Positions 1 to 64,000 of a DNA stretch of 64,000 nt are shown piece after piece. The DNA comes from Bugula neritina (taxonomy: Eukaryota > Animalia > Bryozoa): contig OZ037766.1 in assembly GCA_964035545.1 (NCBI GenBank), positions 26,829,673 through 26,893,672 on the forward strand, given 5' to 3'. The translations under genes and the position numbers were made by a program. Under the pieces are notes generated by a model that was not told the origin of the DNA, did no database searches, and saw nothing but the letters and a program-made list of their open reading frames with translations. Position 1 is the stretch's first letter. Each line of letters begins with the position of its first letter.

Positions 1-408
1 CATGCTGTTGTCTAAAATAGTATAATAAAATAGCTTTAGATGACCACTCGCTCATTCAATTATAATACATTATACATCCATCATAGATGGGAAGCTTGTG
101 CATTATTTTAAAAGTTTAAAACAGTGAACATATTCAAAAGAATAATAATCAGCAATTATAGAAAAACTAGTCTTGTTACAGCTATGCATGCAGAAGAACA
201 TTTAGTCAGATTTCACTCTTCTTTATTTCTATTATGTAGCCAGCTGCATAGTGGACACCAAAAAAGAGATAATAGCAATGCACTCATTACTCAAAAACAA
301 TCATGGGCATTTTATCTTAGCCGCATTGTGAATGCAGTATTGAAGCTGTCTAGGAAAACAAATTTCAAATTTTAGGTAGTTACTAACTGCTACTTTAGTA
401 TAATTCAC

Positions 409-63770
<63,362 letters not shown>

Positions 63771-64000
63771 CTAGTGCAATTAAATATTGATTAGGAATAG
63801 AAAAAGTTATAAAATTTAAGGTTCAAGTTAAATGACCCTAAATCTTGACCTATCTGCTATAAAAACTATAATATTATGAATTATAAATTAACTTTTTTAC
63901 TTTAAGAAATTAATGCCTTCATAAAGAAGCCAGAAAATACGTATATATATTATTTAACACATTGCTTTGGGACAATTGTAAGCTTTTTGCTACAGAGTAC

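Overview
AT-rich animal (probably invertebrate) genomic DNA. The whole window lies inside one large minus-strand gene, an RNF213/mysterin-like AAA+ ATPase/E3 ligase. I assembled 33 phase-consistent coding exons (about 5.7 kb, about 1,900 aa) running from the active AAA module (GKPGSSKS / VVVLDE) through the E3 region; both ends of the gene lie outside the window. The introns hold four decayed Ty3/Gypsy LTR elements, several TIR DNA transposons and MITEs (Academ-like, Mutator-like, Sola-like foldback, Harbinger-like, CACAG-ended), LINE and Penelope fragments, and microsatellites. Two things stand out. (1) The RNF213-like gene seems rearranged: an extra symmetric RING-like exon sits inside the AAA core, and no RZ finger is recognisable where it is expected. 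(2) Three of the Gypsy elements, from two lineages, carry a splice-accessed third ORF in the env position that encodes zinc fingers plus a coiled coil rather than an envelope protein. All family assignments come from remembered motifs; no searches were run.
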